Both the position numbers and the translations under genes were made by a program. A stretch of 61,885 nt of DNA, the filler included, from Sphacelaria rigidula (taxonomy: Eukaryota), in the NCBI GenBank assembly GCA_964200075.2. It is 9 parts of 9 records of this genome, joined end to end, with 100 filler letters (N's around TTAATTAATTAA, not from the genome) between each part and the next. Parts side by side here need not be neighbours in the genome. Positions count along the whole stretch, not along the records: positions 1 to 6,788 come from CAXNAA020018075.1; positions 6,889 to 13,676 come from CAXNAA020018076.1; 7 more parts are not named here. One strand, written 5' to 3'. The notes under the pieces were generated by a model. That model was not told where the DNA came from and did no database searches. It worked only from the letters and a program-made list of their open reading frames with translations. Below, in pieces: positions 1 through 12,433 of the stretch (positions within the stretch are counted from its first letter, which is position 1; each line of letters begins with the position of its first letter).

Positions 1-1280
1 GTTCCTTCGGCATCAGGACGGCAGTCTCCCCCCGTAGGTCTCTGACTACTCTAGCGATACGCCTCCCTTACACAAGTACCTGAAGTGTCGCCTGCCGAAA
101 ACAGTGAGTATCCGGGAATTTTGTGGAGTACCCACCGGCCAACACTGAACGGAATGCTGTGTGCTGGGTAAACTGTAGTACAGTAACGCTGAAGGTGTAG
201 CAGATATCAAGGTAGGTTGATGTCAGCATTGTGACGCCTTCGCGGTTCCTTCTTTGGCGCAGATGACACTTTTCAACTTACAAGCAATATAGTAGTGGGC
301 GGTCTAACTATTCGTTTTATGGCATTTTGTGATTTTTTCGTAATTGGCGATTTTCTCGGATTCTTTTCGCTTGCCATCGCCAATCACATCGGGGACCTGA
401 AGATATTTTTATCCACTTCACATTCCAAGAAAAAAAAAATCTGCTCTCAACATTGAATGACTTACGGGCTGACCGGTCATCGGGGATCCTGCGACGTTTC
501 AGCCCAGATTCCTACTCTTCTGTATTTTCGGTTCATCGAGCCTGTCCCGATAATATTTGTGAAGAAATGTACAGTTTTGTTGTTCAGAAATTCTGCCCAC
601 TTATTGCACAAGGACCGAGAATCTGTGTTTCACGGTCAACAACACCCTCCTGATCAACGGAGTTACTACTCGTTTCGCCCGTTAACACCAACTGACACTG
701 ACTTGGGCACTGATTTTCGAGGATGATCTAACAGCGGATCCGGAAAAATGGGGTCCATCCCTGAAATGGGGTTTTAAGTGGCATTTGTTTTTGCAGGGAC
801 GACGGGAAACAGTAACACAGAGCGAAACCACCTTTGCCCCCGAAACTCCGCAACTGTGAATCATCAGTTGTGGCTAAATGCGCCGAACGACTGCGGTGTA
901 CACGGGTGTCGATGACGATATCACGAGAGAGAGAAGCAACGACAGAGAGGAAGCTCCTCGCCCGTGTCCTTTATGTGCCCTCGCTAGGCGATTACCAATC
1001 GCTCGAGAGACTGGCATCATTCATGTTACCAGCACGTACCGAATTTCGTATGTGCCTGTGGGTATCCCCAAAGAATATCGAGCTGCGGAGAGATTTCGTC
1101 TCTTTGTCTGGAGGTCACCAATGCGAAGATCGATTTCTCTCTGCCTCTCGTTTTGGACAAAACGCACTTCTGTGCGCTGAAAACAGGGCAATGTTCCGGT
1201 CACCGCTACTACTGTGTTCTCTGTCACACATATGCCAGCAAGGACGGTGCCCTGCGGAAAAATAACAGATGATCCTATTT

Positions 1281-2360
1281 GAACTTGGGGGGCGTTTTTC
1301 ATCGTTGATACCCGAGATGTCGTATCCGACCATCATGGCGCTCGAGCACAAGAGCCTGCCACAGGCCAGTTGGCGTGTGTGTGTGTTCAAAAACTTGTGG
1401 AGACCTTCTCAGCATGTGGGGTGAAAAGATATACCTATGGTGGTGACCTAACTGTTGCTGGCGTGGTGCAGAGGTGTGCGTCAGCTGCAATCTGGAGCTT
1501 TCGCTGCTCTACTCTACTGACTTCCGTCTGCATAGCGTATACCGAGAGGTCACACACGGTAACAACATGATATTATGTAACCAAATTCAAACAGCTACTG
1601 TATGAAAAGTAAGCAGTTCGGTTTTCGAAACTACGTCTAGGTCATTGAAATGGCTCTTCTTACCCGAGATAAAGTGTTTGCTTGGGGTCCGAAGAAACGT
1701 TCGAAGATGCTGTCGAATAGCACCACCACCAAACTTTGCTGGCATTGGTATCCACCAATGAGTACAGTACGGAACACAAATCGATTTTTCAACGTTCTTG
1801 TTCGAAAGCAACGGGCATAAAACTGTTTGCAGTTAGGAAAACGGGGATTTTCATACACGAGAAACTCTGCATTCCCCGTGGGCGCTACATGCATTTCCCA
1901 AAACTCTGTCGTCCTTCATTTATACCCGACGGGGGGACGGGGAAGCCGCTGTTCCTCGGGTGAGAAGAGCCATTTCAATGATCTGGACGTAGTTTCGAAA
2001 ACCGAACTGTTTTCTTTTCGTACAGTAGCTGGTTGAATTTGGGTACATAATATCATGTTGTTACCGTGTGTGACCTCTCGGCATACGCTATGCAGACGGA
2101 AGTCAGTACTGTAGAGTAGAGCGACGAAAGCTCCAGATTGCAGCTGGCGCACCCCTCTGCACCACGCCAGCAGCAGTTAGGTCACCACCATAGGTATCTC
2201 TTCTCACCCCGCGTATCAAGAAGGTCTCCACAAGTTTTTTATCTCTCTCTCTCTCACACACACACACCAACTGGCCTATGGCAGGCTCTTGTGCTCGGGC
2301 GCCATGATGGTCAGATACGACATCTCGGGTATCAACGATGAATAACTTCACTCCAAGTTC
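1281..2360. repeat. Long inverted repeat / foldback element; arms ~1281-1678 and ~1942-2360, spacer ~260 bp
   Basis: Arms are reverse complements over ~400 bp with scattered substitutions, e.g. ATCGTTGATACCCGAGATGTCGTATC (1301) versus GATACGACATCTCGGGTATCAACGAT (~2314). Confidence 0.93.
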
Positions 2361-2519
2361 GAGCAAAAACGGCACGGGACAGGACGGGGATTCACGTCAT
2401 ACCCAAAGGTTTAACCGCACCACCGCTGAATATTCCATCAACCAACACCCTTCGCAATATGTGATACGTCTCCCGCCGTACTTATCTACACATCATGTCC
2501 GGAACATTCGTCTACCAGG

Positions 2520-2852
2520 ATGCGGCTAAGGCAATCGAGATCGTCGATCGCGGCGTGCTTGTTGCCAACAGCCACGATGCCCATGCTCCATTGCAGTAAG
2601 CCCCGAACACGCCAGATGACCACTACTGCTCTTCCCACGATGCTCATGCTGATCGGGTCGGCATTGGGAGCTTTGCTACTGTTGACGGCGACCTCAAGCG
2701 AAGCCAAGCAGGACAGGGTAGAAATCGACATAGCCCCTAGTGAAGGCCACAACTCCAGGAAGCAACCTGCCAACGCGCTTACACCGCACAGTACGTGCGA
2801 GGACGTTTTGCGGTGGCTACCTCCGGATACTCCGTCACCGTTGGTGCTGCAG
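2520..2852 (+). CDS. Exon 1 of nucleotide-diphospho-sugar transferase (Nucleotid_trans / GT77-like), with type II membrane anchor
   Basis: Hydrophobic stretch MLMLIGSALGALLLLTA. Donor CAG|GTGACT at 2852/2853 is phase 0 and joins exon 2 in frame (PLVLQ|VVSQDY). The true start ATG could be a later one. Confidence 0.7.
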
Positions 2853-4159
2853 GTGACTATACCACTCGCTCCGAATATTCCAAACACAGAAATATCCGTT
2901 GCGACCCTAGACGAGAATTAGAGAGTTTTCGCACGACGTGGCCAACGTATCGACCTATCCCTCTGTCACAGTGCTGTTTTGTTTGTTCCCCTATGAAGTA
3001 GTTCGGAAACGACTGGGGGAAAAACCTTATACTCTCGCTTCCAATTGTGGAAAACCTTTGCAATTGTGAAGATAATGAGCAGGTGATGTCCGATGTGCAA
3101 GCAGGCGCGATACTAATACAGTCATCTCAAATGGCACCTGCCTGTGGACAGCCCACCTTTTCGCATGGATATGTCAACTCTACATTTCCCGACCAAGCCA
3201 AAGCCACATCCGATCGTACTAGCGCAGACGAAAACTGACACCCATGAAACACGTAGTGCACTTAGGCGTTTGTACATGACGTACCGTTTGCACAAGGTAG
3301 AATCTCCGTGGGCGGAGATGAGGCAGAGGAATCAATGGGGGCGATATTGTTGATACTTGTGAGTAGCACTAAGTTACCATAAACACACGAGATCGCATCG
3401 ACAGAAAGCCGTGCTAGTAGCGGCATGGCACCGCTGCCGATGTGCGGGGAAAATACCCAGTCGGCAAATTGACAGTTGTATTGCTGCTACCACCGCAAGG
3501 TGTGGCATTAAAGTAGCCCACAAAAACGGAACTGATCCACGCGCAGGGATGAAATTGTACCTGAGCGAAAAAAGGTCAAGGGAAAATGATCCTTATCAAG
3601 ACAGCGACGTGACGCGCTGAAATAGGTACTACTGCCCTGCTAAGAAATGCCTCGGTCATTTTCCGGTGGTAAAAACACTAGCTGCGTGCCCTTGGACCCG
3701 GCAGTGATGTTGTCCATTGTTGCAGATGATGTACGGGAATTGTGTATACCTGGACCGCACATACCAATACTATGGTGGGCTGTATGGAGCACAATCATCC
3801 GTTGACATAGCAGTTTTGAATGTTGTGATCCCGCTGAAAATATCGGGAAAAGTCTCTGCAGGGGTCACCACCGAAGGCATCCCGTGTCCTGAGGTCATGG
3901 GCAACAGCAGCAGAGCACGACCCACTTAGTGCATTTGTCAAAGGGCCATACAGTACACTTTCACCAGTTGAGAAGTAGATCCAGGACCTTCGAAAAATGT
4001 TGGATGCCTGCTGGGTTTCTCATTCGAGGGTTTCCTGTTGAAGCAACAATTGGCCGAGTGCATCGCCGGAAACAATCGGCCACCTGCGAAGAACTTTCCA
4101 TGATCCGCTGTTGTAGGCTCAAGAGAGTTGACTATTTCCATTGCTTCTTCCGACCAGTG

Positions 4160-4478
4160 GAGCTTCAGCTTTAGGCGAAACTCTATGGTTGACAGGATGA
4201 CACTCGATTACACAGTGAATAAAGTTCTGAGATAATGTATGGTTTGGGGCAGCAGGTGAGCAGAGGACCTAGCTCGTCCAGGACGTATTTTTGTCCAAAC
4301 CGGTGCCGGCGGCGTCGATTTGAGGTTTGCCAACGCACACTTTGCCTAAGAGAACCTTCGCACCCTCCTTCCCCGAGGGTTCTCGTAGGCATTGGGTCGG
4401 GGTTAGGGTAAGGATTAGTGTTACTGGTAGTTTGTTCGAAAAAAATCAACCATATACTTTCGCCCACAACTAAAGATC
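4160..4478. mobile_element. MITE with ATGGTTGA-core TIRs and a degenerate TTAGGG-like internal tract, in intron 1 of the GT gene
   Basis: GGCGAAACTCTATGGTTGA...TCAACCATATACTTTCGCC. Interior is homologous (reverse orientation) to 20804-21119. Ends approximate. Confidence 0.75.
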
Positions 4479-4642
4479 GCCTTCTTCCGACTTCCACCCC
4501 ATTTAGAAAGAGAGGTCACAATCAACACATTTTGTCGACGATGTTTGTCAGAACAGGAAGTGTTGTTCAGCTTACCTGCTAATAAGTTCCATCTATTTAG
4601 TCGCCATAATGCTACCGCTTCTTGGTGTGATCGATGACCCAG

Positions 4643-5177
4643 GTTGTGAGTCAGGACTACGTGAGATACGAGCTCAATTTCTTGATCGCTATGAAGCAGA
4701 CAGGGTTCGCACTCCGCAGCCTCTTTTTGCTGTGCCTCGACCAGGAATCGGTAGCGTCTCTACTCGACGGCACGAACGGTAGCGTACGATGTGTGGAGGT
4801 AAACGGCGTTTATCCAACACGCAACCACCATATGATATGGAAACTACGGACAACTGTCCTAGCGTGCCTTGTGGGGGAAGGAGGGCGGGATGTCATCCTC
4901 TCAGACAACGATGCATTGTGGATGAAGAACCCGCTTGAAGACCTGAGCGCTGTGCAGGGCGATATACTAGCGCAACGCGGGACCATGCCCGCAAGATTCG
5001 GCGATCCTATAAACAACGTGACCATGTGCATGGAATTTGCACTATTTCGCGGCGGAAGCAAAGGTATGTCAGTATTCCTGGATAAGTGGCTGGCACTAAT
5101 GGATACGGTCGGGGACGATCAAATCGCCGTGAATCAAGCAGCCCACTCGCTGCACATGGAATGGATTTATGGAGAAG
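4643..5177 (+). CDS. Exon 2 of nucleotide-diphospho-sugar transferase (GT77-like), catalytic core
   Basis: Acceptor CCCAG|GTT and donor AG|GTGAGT. Motifs LCLD, VILSDNDALWMKNP (DxD) and DDQIAVNQ are typical of the Nucleotid_trans family. Confidence 0.88.
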
Positions 5178-5464
5178 GTGAGTCGCTCAGCGATGGGATC
5201 GAGGAGGACAAACACGTGCATTTCACAAGCTTTTCGCAGGAAAACTGTTCTCATGGAGAACCTGTGCATAATTCCTGACAGTGCTTGAAACTCTGAGCTC
5301 TTCTCGTAGGATGGTATTATGGCAGTGCAATGATACGCGAGGAAGCAGTAACATCAGTATTGACGGTGCCATGGGGAAGTAAATATCATACTTATCCCCG
5401 CCCTCACCCCACATACGTATCCTTGTTTTCACCCCACGCCCGTATATATCGTGTCACGACTCAG

Positions 5465-5700
5465 GTGTCAGCGACATGCGATATTTAGAGAGCACACAAC
5501 CGGGATACGGGGTTCTCCTGGATCTCCCGGGAAACTTCACGGTTACATTCTTGCCTCATAACGAGTACCCTCGCAGCTGTGGGTGTACTATGAAGTCCAT
5601 GATGTCCAACGAGACGATGATCGTCGCGCACTGCTTCCCAAAGCGTCATGCTACCAGGGAACAGGAAATGAGAGATTGTGGTGTGTGGTGGTTGGATTAG
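5465..5700 (+). CDS. Exon 3 (terminal) of nucleotide-diphospho-sugar transferase
   Basis: Acceptor CTCAG|GT. Phase 1 matches exon 2 (G+GT = Gly). C-terminus FLPHNEYPR...VAHC...EMRDCGVWWLD* resembles family C-termini. Confidence 0.85.
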
Positions 5701-6139
5701 CAAGCTTGCGCATATCCGCGTAATCCCACGATTGGGCGCGCGCGGGGGGGGGGGGGATTGTTCGATTCCACAAACACGTGGGCTCATAGGTGTGTCAGAC
5801 GAGCTAACACACGCGCGGTGTGCTTTCATTTGGGTGAAAACGGTTTTAAACAGTATGAACAAGCACTGATTGATGGCAAAAAGTGCGCTTGAATAGCCGT
5901 TGGTACTTTCAGCGACCATCTGATATGGAATTTCGTGGAAGAAAGGACCCAAAATCCCCCCTCCCCGAACGCAGGATGACTCATCCACAATATTCCGTGA
6001 AATATGGATACGAGATGGAAAACTGTTAGGAAAGCCAGTGACATCTCCCACGCGTCTTCCGTACCATTTACGATATATTTCACCTCGCGTAGTACCGCGT
6101 CAACCTTCCAAGGGGGTACACCTGGCGTAGGGGCGAGCG

Positions 6140-6465
6140 AAATGTATACACACAACAACGTTTTCGTGAGATCGAGAGTAGAGCGCGGATCGAGAGTGAC
6201 TTTGATCATTCGCTTTAACTTAGCCGATTCTTCATTCCGCGTATCCCTTTCTTTGCGTCTATCACTGCCGTGTGCTTACACCTACACGTCGATATCCTAC
6301 TCGGGAATATCAACGGCCTCAGTGGCAAGCTACTACAGAACGCATATCGGGCCTCGTGGAGGGGCATTTCGGAACTGAAATGATCCATTCACTATTTTGG
6401 CGCTTTTCACACTCAATTGTATCCTCTACTCTCGATCTCACGAACGCATTGTTACATGTGTATGG
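6140..6465. mobile_element. MITE-like element with inverted termini
   Basis: TTCGTGAGATCGAGAGTAGAG (~6162) versus CTCTACTCTCGATCTCACGAA (~6424). A related copy at ~13606-13676 is cut by the contig end. Confidence 0.6.
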
Positions 6466-6788
6466 AAAAAAATGTGCGATTTTGAGATAGTAAGAAGGCG
6501 GGGAGCAAGCAGGCTCAGAGTGGCCTACCGGTCACCACCGCCACCCTAGGCTTATAGCTTACAGCCAATAGGCGGTGATACAATCAATGTTACATCGGAC
6601 TGTGATCGGGTGAATGGGTTCCATTGCGACGGTTTGTACGACAAGTGACTGCTTGTGTTTGGTCTTTTTGTGACGGATAGATGAACATTCCGTACATTGG
6701 TGAGAAGCAGCTATTGCACAGTATTACGCCGGGGGTTAGTGTCACGTTTCCCACCACCACCCCCAAAATGAAGACGCGGCGAAGTCTA

Positions 6789-6888
6789 NNNNNNNNNNNN
6801 NNNNNNNNNNNNNNNNNNNNNNNNNNNNNNNNTTAATTAATTAANNNNNNNNNNNNNNNNNNNNNNNNNNNNNNNNNNNNNNNNNNNN
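6789..6888. other. Artificial contig linker N44-TTAATTAATTAA-N44 (first of 8; others at 13677-13776, 20565-20664, 27452-27551, 34339-34438, 41226-41325, 48113-48212, 55000-55099)
   Basis: Identical 100-bp spacer carrying a six-frame stop 12-mer. Segments between linkers are 6788, 6788, 6788, 6787 (x5) and 6786 bp, i.e. length-sorted contigs. Confidence 0.98.
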
Positions 6889-6904
6889 TATTGGTGGTAT
6901 GCTC

Positions 6905-7040
6905 CTTGCACTCTGTGACCACGGGTTTGAGAGATCGAGCTAATGCGATGGATATGATAATAATAATAATAATTTTATTATTATTATTATTATTATTTCC
7001 GCACATTAATAATAATAATAATAATAATAAAATAATAATT
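6905..7040. repeat. Two LINE 3' ends tail-to-tail around a (TAA)n/(TTA)n microsatellite
   Basis: CTGTGACCACGGGTTTGAGAGATCGAGCTAA matches the LINE terminus at ~10236-10285. TTATTTCCGCAC is the reverse complement of its GTGCGGAAATAA end. Confidence 0.65.
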
Positions 7041-7129
7041 CGGCTTTTTTTTTCTCGTTTTGTTTGTCTCTACGTCTAATACGTGGGACTCTTTTCCCTT
7101 CTTACTGTCGGGCGTTCGCATGATTTTTC

Positions 7130-10100
7130 TTGCTTTTTACCGGAAAGATAGGGGGAGGAGGCATGGATGACGTCCGGGTATTGGGAGAATATGACAGAGA
7201 CACTCGGAATGACAACGGTAGACGCCTACTCAAATGCGCTGCGGAACACAAAATGGCCATCACAAACACATTTTTTCGCATACCAATGCGCGGATAAAGC
7301 TCGACCGCGTATACATGTGCGGGACCGAAGGCCGAACACCGCTGGCGCCTGGACTACATCCTAGTACGTCAGCAAGACCGCAGACTCGTCCAAAATGTCA
7401 CTGTGCGCCCCGAGATGAAGTCGGACCATCGTCTGGTCTCAGACACCACCCGTCTCCTCGGACGCAACGCTCCCAACCGCCAACCAAAACCGAGAGGCGG
7501 AGATAGGGGAGTACGTTTCGACCACAAAGCCCTCGAATCCGACCGAAGCTGGAGAGCTACTGTTGCACAGGCTATTGTCGCTAAGCTCCCGAATGCCATT
7601 GATTCCCCTGCGGTAATGAACGTCAACGACATGACATCTACCTTCGCCAACGCCCTGCGACAGACGGTCGCGGATACACACCCTCGATGCCCCAAGAAAA
7701 GCCCATCTGAAGGTTCTAGTGAGTCAAGTCAAGCTCAGGATCGTCTCCCAAAGACGTGGGATCTCAGGGAAAGTGTATGGAAGAATCTGCGAGCAAACCC
7801 GGAATACGCTGTCCTGAAGAAGGCGTTAACGGTAACGGACCAAGCGTTCAAGCGGGTGAAAGATGCGGAGCTGCAGAACTTCGTCCACGAGTTCACAGTC
7901 CGGACCGCGGAGTTTGTTCGCAAGAAGAATCAAGCAGGACTGCACCAGCATATCAAGTCCTTGCAACTGAAAGGAAACAAGCAGAGCGACTCAACTTACA
8001 TCAGGAGCGCGACTGGCGAGCTGTTGCGGGACAAGCAAGCTATCCTTCAACGATGGAAGGAATGGTTCAAAACACTGCTGAACGCAACCTCGCCTACAAT
8101 CGACCACTCTGTCGTCGATATCATCGAACAGATGCCGGAGCACGCACTACTCGCGGCGGAGCCCTCGATGGCAGAAGTAAAGGAAGCGGTGGGTAAGCTA
8201 GCGAACGGCAGGTCCGTTGGGACGGACAACATGTGTGGCGAACTTTTGAAGCTCGGCCGCACCGACGACTCTGCCATTCTGAAGTGCCTCCACAACGTCG
8301 TGCTAGCCGTGTGGCGTCAGGAAGTAGTGCCGTAGGAGTGGAAAGACACCATCATCAAGGTGCTTTTCAAGAAATAGGACCCGCATGAATGCGGCAACTA
8401 CCGTGGTATTTACCTCGGGTATCACGCGGGTAAGGTGGTACTCAAGATAGTCACGACTCGCCTCATCGCTTATTGGGAGTGGAAGAGAGTCCTCCCAGAA
8501 GCACAGTGCCGTTTCCGACCTGGCCGCCAAGAACTGGCCAGAGAGAATGGTCTTCTTCTATACGCATTCTTCATCGACCTCCAGAAGGCATACGACTCGG
8601 TGGATCGCTCTCTTCTCTGGAAAGTTCTAGCACGCTACGGTATCACCGCCAAGGTAATTTCTATAATCCGCCAATTCTACGACGGCATGCGGGCATGCGT
8701 ACGCCTGGATAGCGGTGAGACGTCTGGGTGGGTTAACGTTAACCAGGGCCTCCGCCAAGGGTGTGTGCCTTCCCCCGGTCTGTTCAACATCTTTCTCGCG
8801 GCGGTGCTGACGGTAACCTTCGACCGCTTCTCGATCAATAAAGCGGTGGTGCAGGACTTCATCCGCATCGCTGAAAGGGGCGGGAAGACTAGGGACGACC
8901 TCAGCAAAGTGCTCTGGGCTATGCTATACGCCGATGACGCTGGCATCGCTTTGCAGTCCCGGGTAACCCTAACAAAGATGATGACGGCCGTCGTCGAAGT
9001 CTGTGCGGCATTCGGTCTCGTCGTGACGGAAAAGAAGACGGCCACCGTGCACATGCGCTCCCCGAACATGGATACGATCGGGGTGGAGGCAACGGGTCAG
9101 AGATACCAGGCAAGTTAAGTCGTTCCTCGACCTTGGCGGAAAAATCAGCAGCATCAGCGATGTCACTCCCGAGATCCACAGCCGCATTGGCCAGGCCTGA
9201 ACGTGCTTCTACAAGTACAGCAAAGCGGTATACGACAGCCCGTGCATCGCCCTCGCCACCAAGGTTCGTCTCCTGAAGACTGAAGTGATCGAGGTAATGG
9301 AGGTAATGCTGTACGGCTGCGTGACCTGGACGATCGCACACGACAATTTCAGCGCGTTACGGGAGGCCCATCGAGGATTCCTGCTGAGGTGCCTCAATAA
9401 GCATACCTCAAGCCGCAGCGCCCTGACGACAACATGCTGCCATACCACGAGGGTCGCGAACGAACTAGCTGCGAGTGCATTGAGGCCACAGTGATTTAAC
9501 GAACCCTCATACACGCCGACCACGTTGTGCGAATGCACGGTGAACGCCTCCCCAACATCGTCATGCGTGGAGTCATAGTTGGGGGGAAGACGAGGGCAGG
9601 CCGACCAGCAAGGCGCCTACAACACTGTATCACGGATTACTGCTCATACTTCGGAATAAATGCGACATCGTGGACGCAGGTTGCCCAAGATGTGTCCGAA
9701 TGGTCCCGAAATTGTAGAGGAGGGGGCCATCATATATACATGGCAGCCTGGACGAAAGCACGTCACGCTTAGGAAATTTTTGATGTGCTACCACTAGAGC
9801 TCCCCCAGTGCCTACCGAGGACCCCCAAAAGTAACCAGTAGTCCATCGGGTAGTACACTCACTAGTACGTCTGCGGTCTCTACAAACAGCTGTGGTTGTG
9901 GTCTATGAGGGTACTTGTGGTTGTTTTTTTAGTTGCCCCCCGCCCGGTGGCCTTGCGAATCCCTTTGTGTCATTCAACTTTTTCTCTTCTCGTCTTTTCT
10001 TTTCGTTCTCTTTTCTGTCGGTGTGCTTTTCTTAGCAAATCTGTTTTGTTTTTTTGTTTCACCCCTTTGAACTCGGGGAAGCTACTTCTCGTGTTTTTCT

Positions 10101-10285
10101 TGGCGTCTCTCTTCTTATTATGTTCATTTTGGTGATACTTTAGTTGATCGCGTTTGTTTTTGTAATTAGGCTGGAGTCTAAAAAAGAATGATGAAGGACT
10201 CTGTGTCTTGTGAGGAATAGCAGGGACGGTACGTCTGTGACCACGGGTTCGAGATATCGGATTAGTGTGCGGAAATAATAATGAT
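7130..10285 (+). mobile_element. Degenerate, 5'-truncated RTE-clade non-LTR retrotransposon (APE C-terminus, reverse transcriptase, 3'UTR, TAA tail)
   Basis: Endonuclease motifs NDNGRRLL, ITNTFF, LDYILVR, SDHRLV. RT motifs NYRGI, FIDLQKAYDSVDR, GLRQGC, MLYADD. In-frame stops (e.g. 8333), frameshifts and a deletion after FRPGR. Confidence 0.95.
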
Positions 10286-11104
10286 GCAAAAGTTATTCTG
10301 TTCGCCCTGACCACCAGCTGTATCGTTGCAATCAGCTGACAGGGTCAGACATCCAATCCATGGATCGATCATGAGTACCGCGTGGTGGTTTTCGTGGTTG
10401 TTGACGTGGGTGCAGAGACTAAAGCACTCTGAAAATAGAGCAGTAGTAAGTGCAAAGTTGAAATTCAGTGGTTCGATTTTCATTTCGAGGGGGTAGCGCC
10501 GTAACTTGTGGCACTAAGGTATTGCAGTAGTGAATAAGAGCAGGTCCAGTAGTACGTAAGAGCAGGGTTTACCTCTCCATGTAGTTGTATTTTTTTTTTT
10601 ATAGCACCAGGCAATGACGCAGTATTTTCCATATATGTACATGCATGTAAGGTTATTTAATTGGTATTTTGGCACCTTGTTGTCTACTTCCTCTAGTCCA
10701 CTGTACAAGCCCGAATGGAAAAGTCCACTGTATAAGCCCGTGTCGAGTACGCATGCTTGGACGGGTGTTTTCGACCATGGGACCAACGTTGTGTGTTCCG
10801 CATATGGTTGGTATCATGTACGCGAAAAAAAAACATTTTGGACTCGGGGGTAACAAGATATAGTCTCCGGGGGTGGAAAATCTCGAACCGGGCTTACACA
10901 GCGGACTTTTTGCAAGTAGAGCGAGAAATATCGCCCAGGTTTGGCTCGGTATGCGATGCGCAGCGTGAATTGAACGCTATTTCCCACAGGCAGACCTGCG
11001 CAATATGGCTGGCATCATCAAATAATGGTAATCATAATTTGGGACCCGGGGGTGACATGATATCGTCCCTGGAGGCGGTGAACGTACTCAGGATCGGGCT
11101 TTTA

Positions 11105-11187
11105 CAGCAGCAGCAGCAGCAGAACCAGCGCCGACAGCACTAGAACCAACGCCGACAGCAGCAGAACCAGCACCGACACCACTACCA
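11105..11187 (+). repeat. (CAG)n followed by an 18-bp tandem minisatellite (AGAACCAGCGCCGACAGC-like, ~3-4 units)
   Basis: Read directly from the sequence. Confidence 0.7.
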
Positions 11188-11469
11188 GTGGTCTGCCTGG
11201 CCGACATGGCTAGAGGATGAACTGGAGGCGGTCCGCAGAGTGTATCCCCTTCCTCACCGCGGCTAGCGCTGGGTCCACTAGCTATTGTGGGCGCAAATAG
11301 TGCTGTGTTGGTCGTCTTAGCGAAAACGTTAGTTTTGGGCGGTTCTCCAAAACGCCTCGAGAACCACGGAAAAACGTTTGAAAAAAAACGGTGAGAAGGC
11401 GATCGACCGGTGGATTCGTGTCCTTCGCGGCGACTACCCTCCGCTTACCGTGGGTGTTCGTGGGGAGCA

Positions 11470-11716
11470 ATGCTACGGTAGCGGTGCACTTTTTTCGCGA
11501 AAATATGTCTAGTTCAGGGGCTCGTAACGATTCTTAATGCACAAAAATATGGGTCAGGGCATCCCCGTTTGCAAATTCATTCGGGATATCCACAGCACAT
11601 TGGAATAGTAATCCTGGCGTACCTCCACATATTTTCAAAGGTCGTGTTTTGCATGAGATAAAGAGCTCCTAACAATTCTAACCTCAGAAAATATTTGTGT
11701 ACCGCTACCGTAGCAT
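11470..11716. mobile_element. MITE with TIR TGCTACGGTAGCGGT
   Basis: ATGCTACGGTAGCGGTGCAC...GTGTACCGCTACCGTAGCAT. A second family member lies at 23656-23909. Confidence 0.75.
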
Positions 11717-12164
11717 CACTCTGGGTCTATTTTGAGGGTGCTGCAAATACATCGGTTTTGGATTCTGCTCCTCCAGAATATCACGAAAGCTACGAAAAAA
11801 CGTTAAAAAAAAGTCGTAGAAGAGCACATGATATATCACATTCCACTTTTACTCGAATGGGGGCATATACAGTGGACCAGAGGAAGTATTTTGTATGCCT
11901 CCCGCGGCCTCTCATTTTTTTTTGTTGTGTTTCCTCCCTTTCATTTTTTCTCTCTCCTCTGCATGGTCACACGTAAAATATTTTGGTGTATGATGCTCAT
12001 CTTCGACATGAATGATGAAACGATGTATAGCACCGTAGCGATGATATAGTTAAATCCGTTTACCAATAACATCAGACTACATCATAACAAGTTCATTCGA
12101 ATTGATCCAAACACGAAAATCAGGGGGAATCTGGGTGTATATTACTTGTGAAAACAAGACGTAC

Positions 12165-12275
12165 CAAATAAAGGCAAGCACCGCAGAAGGAAGGTGGGGT
12201 ATTAAAAACAAATAAAAAAGAAAAAGCTCCTGTGTTGACCTTCCTCCTGTGTGACCCCGGCTGACGCTTCACTCG
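12165..12275 (+). mobile_element. Internal fragment of SINE family B
   Basis: GGCAAGCACCGCAGAAGG...CTCCTGTGTTGACCTTCCTCCTGTGTGACCCCGG, shared with 45152-45510. Confidence 0.8.
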
Positions 12276-12433
12276 GCCTCATCAGATAGTTTAGCCATAC
12301 GCGAAATCGTCGCCATTCCGACATTTTCCAAAGTCGCGTCCATCACTCTTCACGTGCCGATAGACTTGTGTTTCATCCTCCAGTTTGAAGTAACACTTGA
12401 CGTTGCTTTTCAACTCATGCTCGTTGTGTGAAG

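Noticed and set aside
38..863. Possible small exons 38-103 and 797-859
   Set aside because: Splice sites are plausible, but the peptides are short and uninformative; insufficient support.
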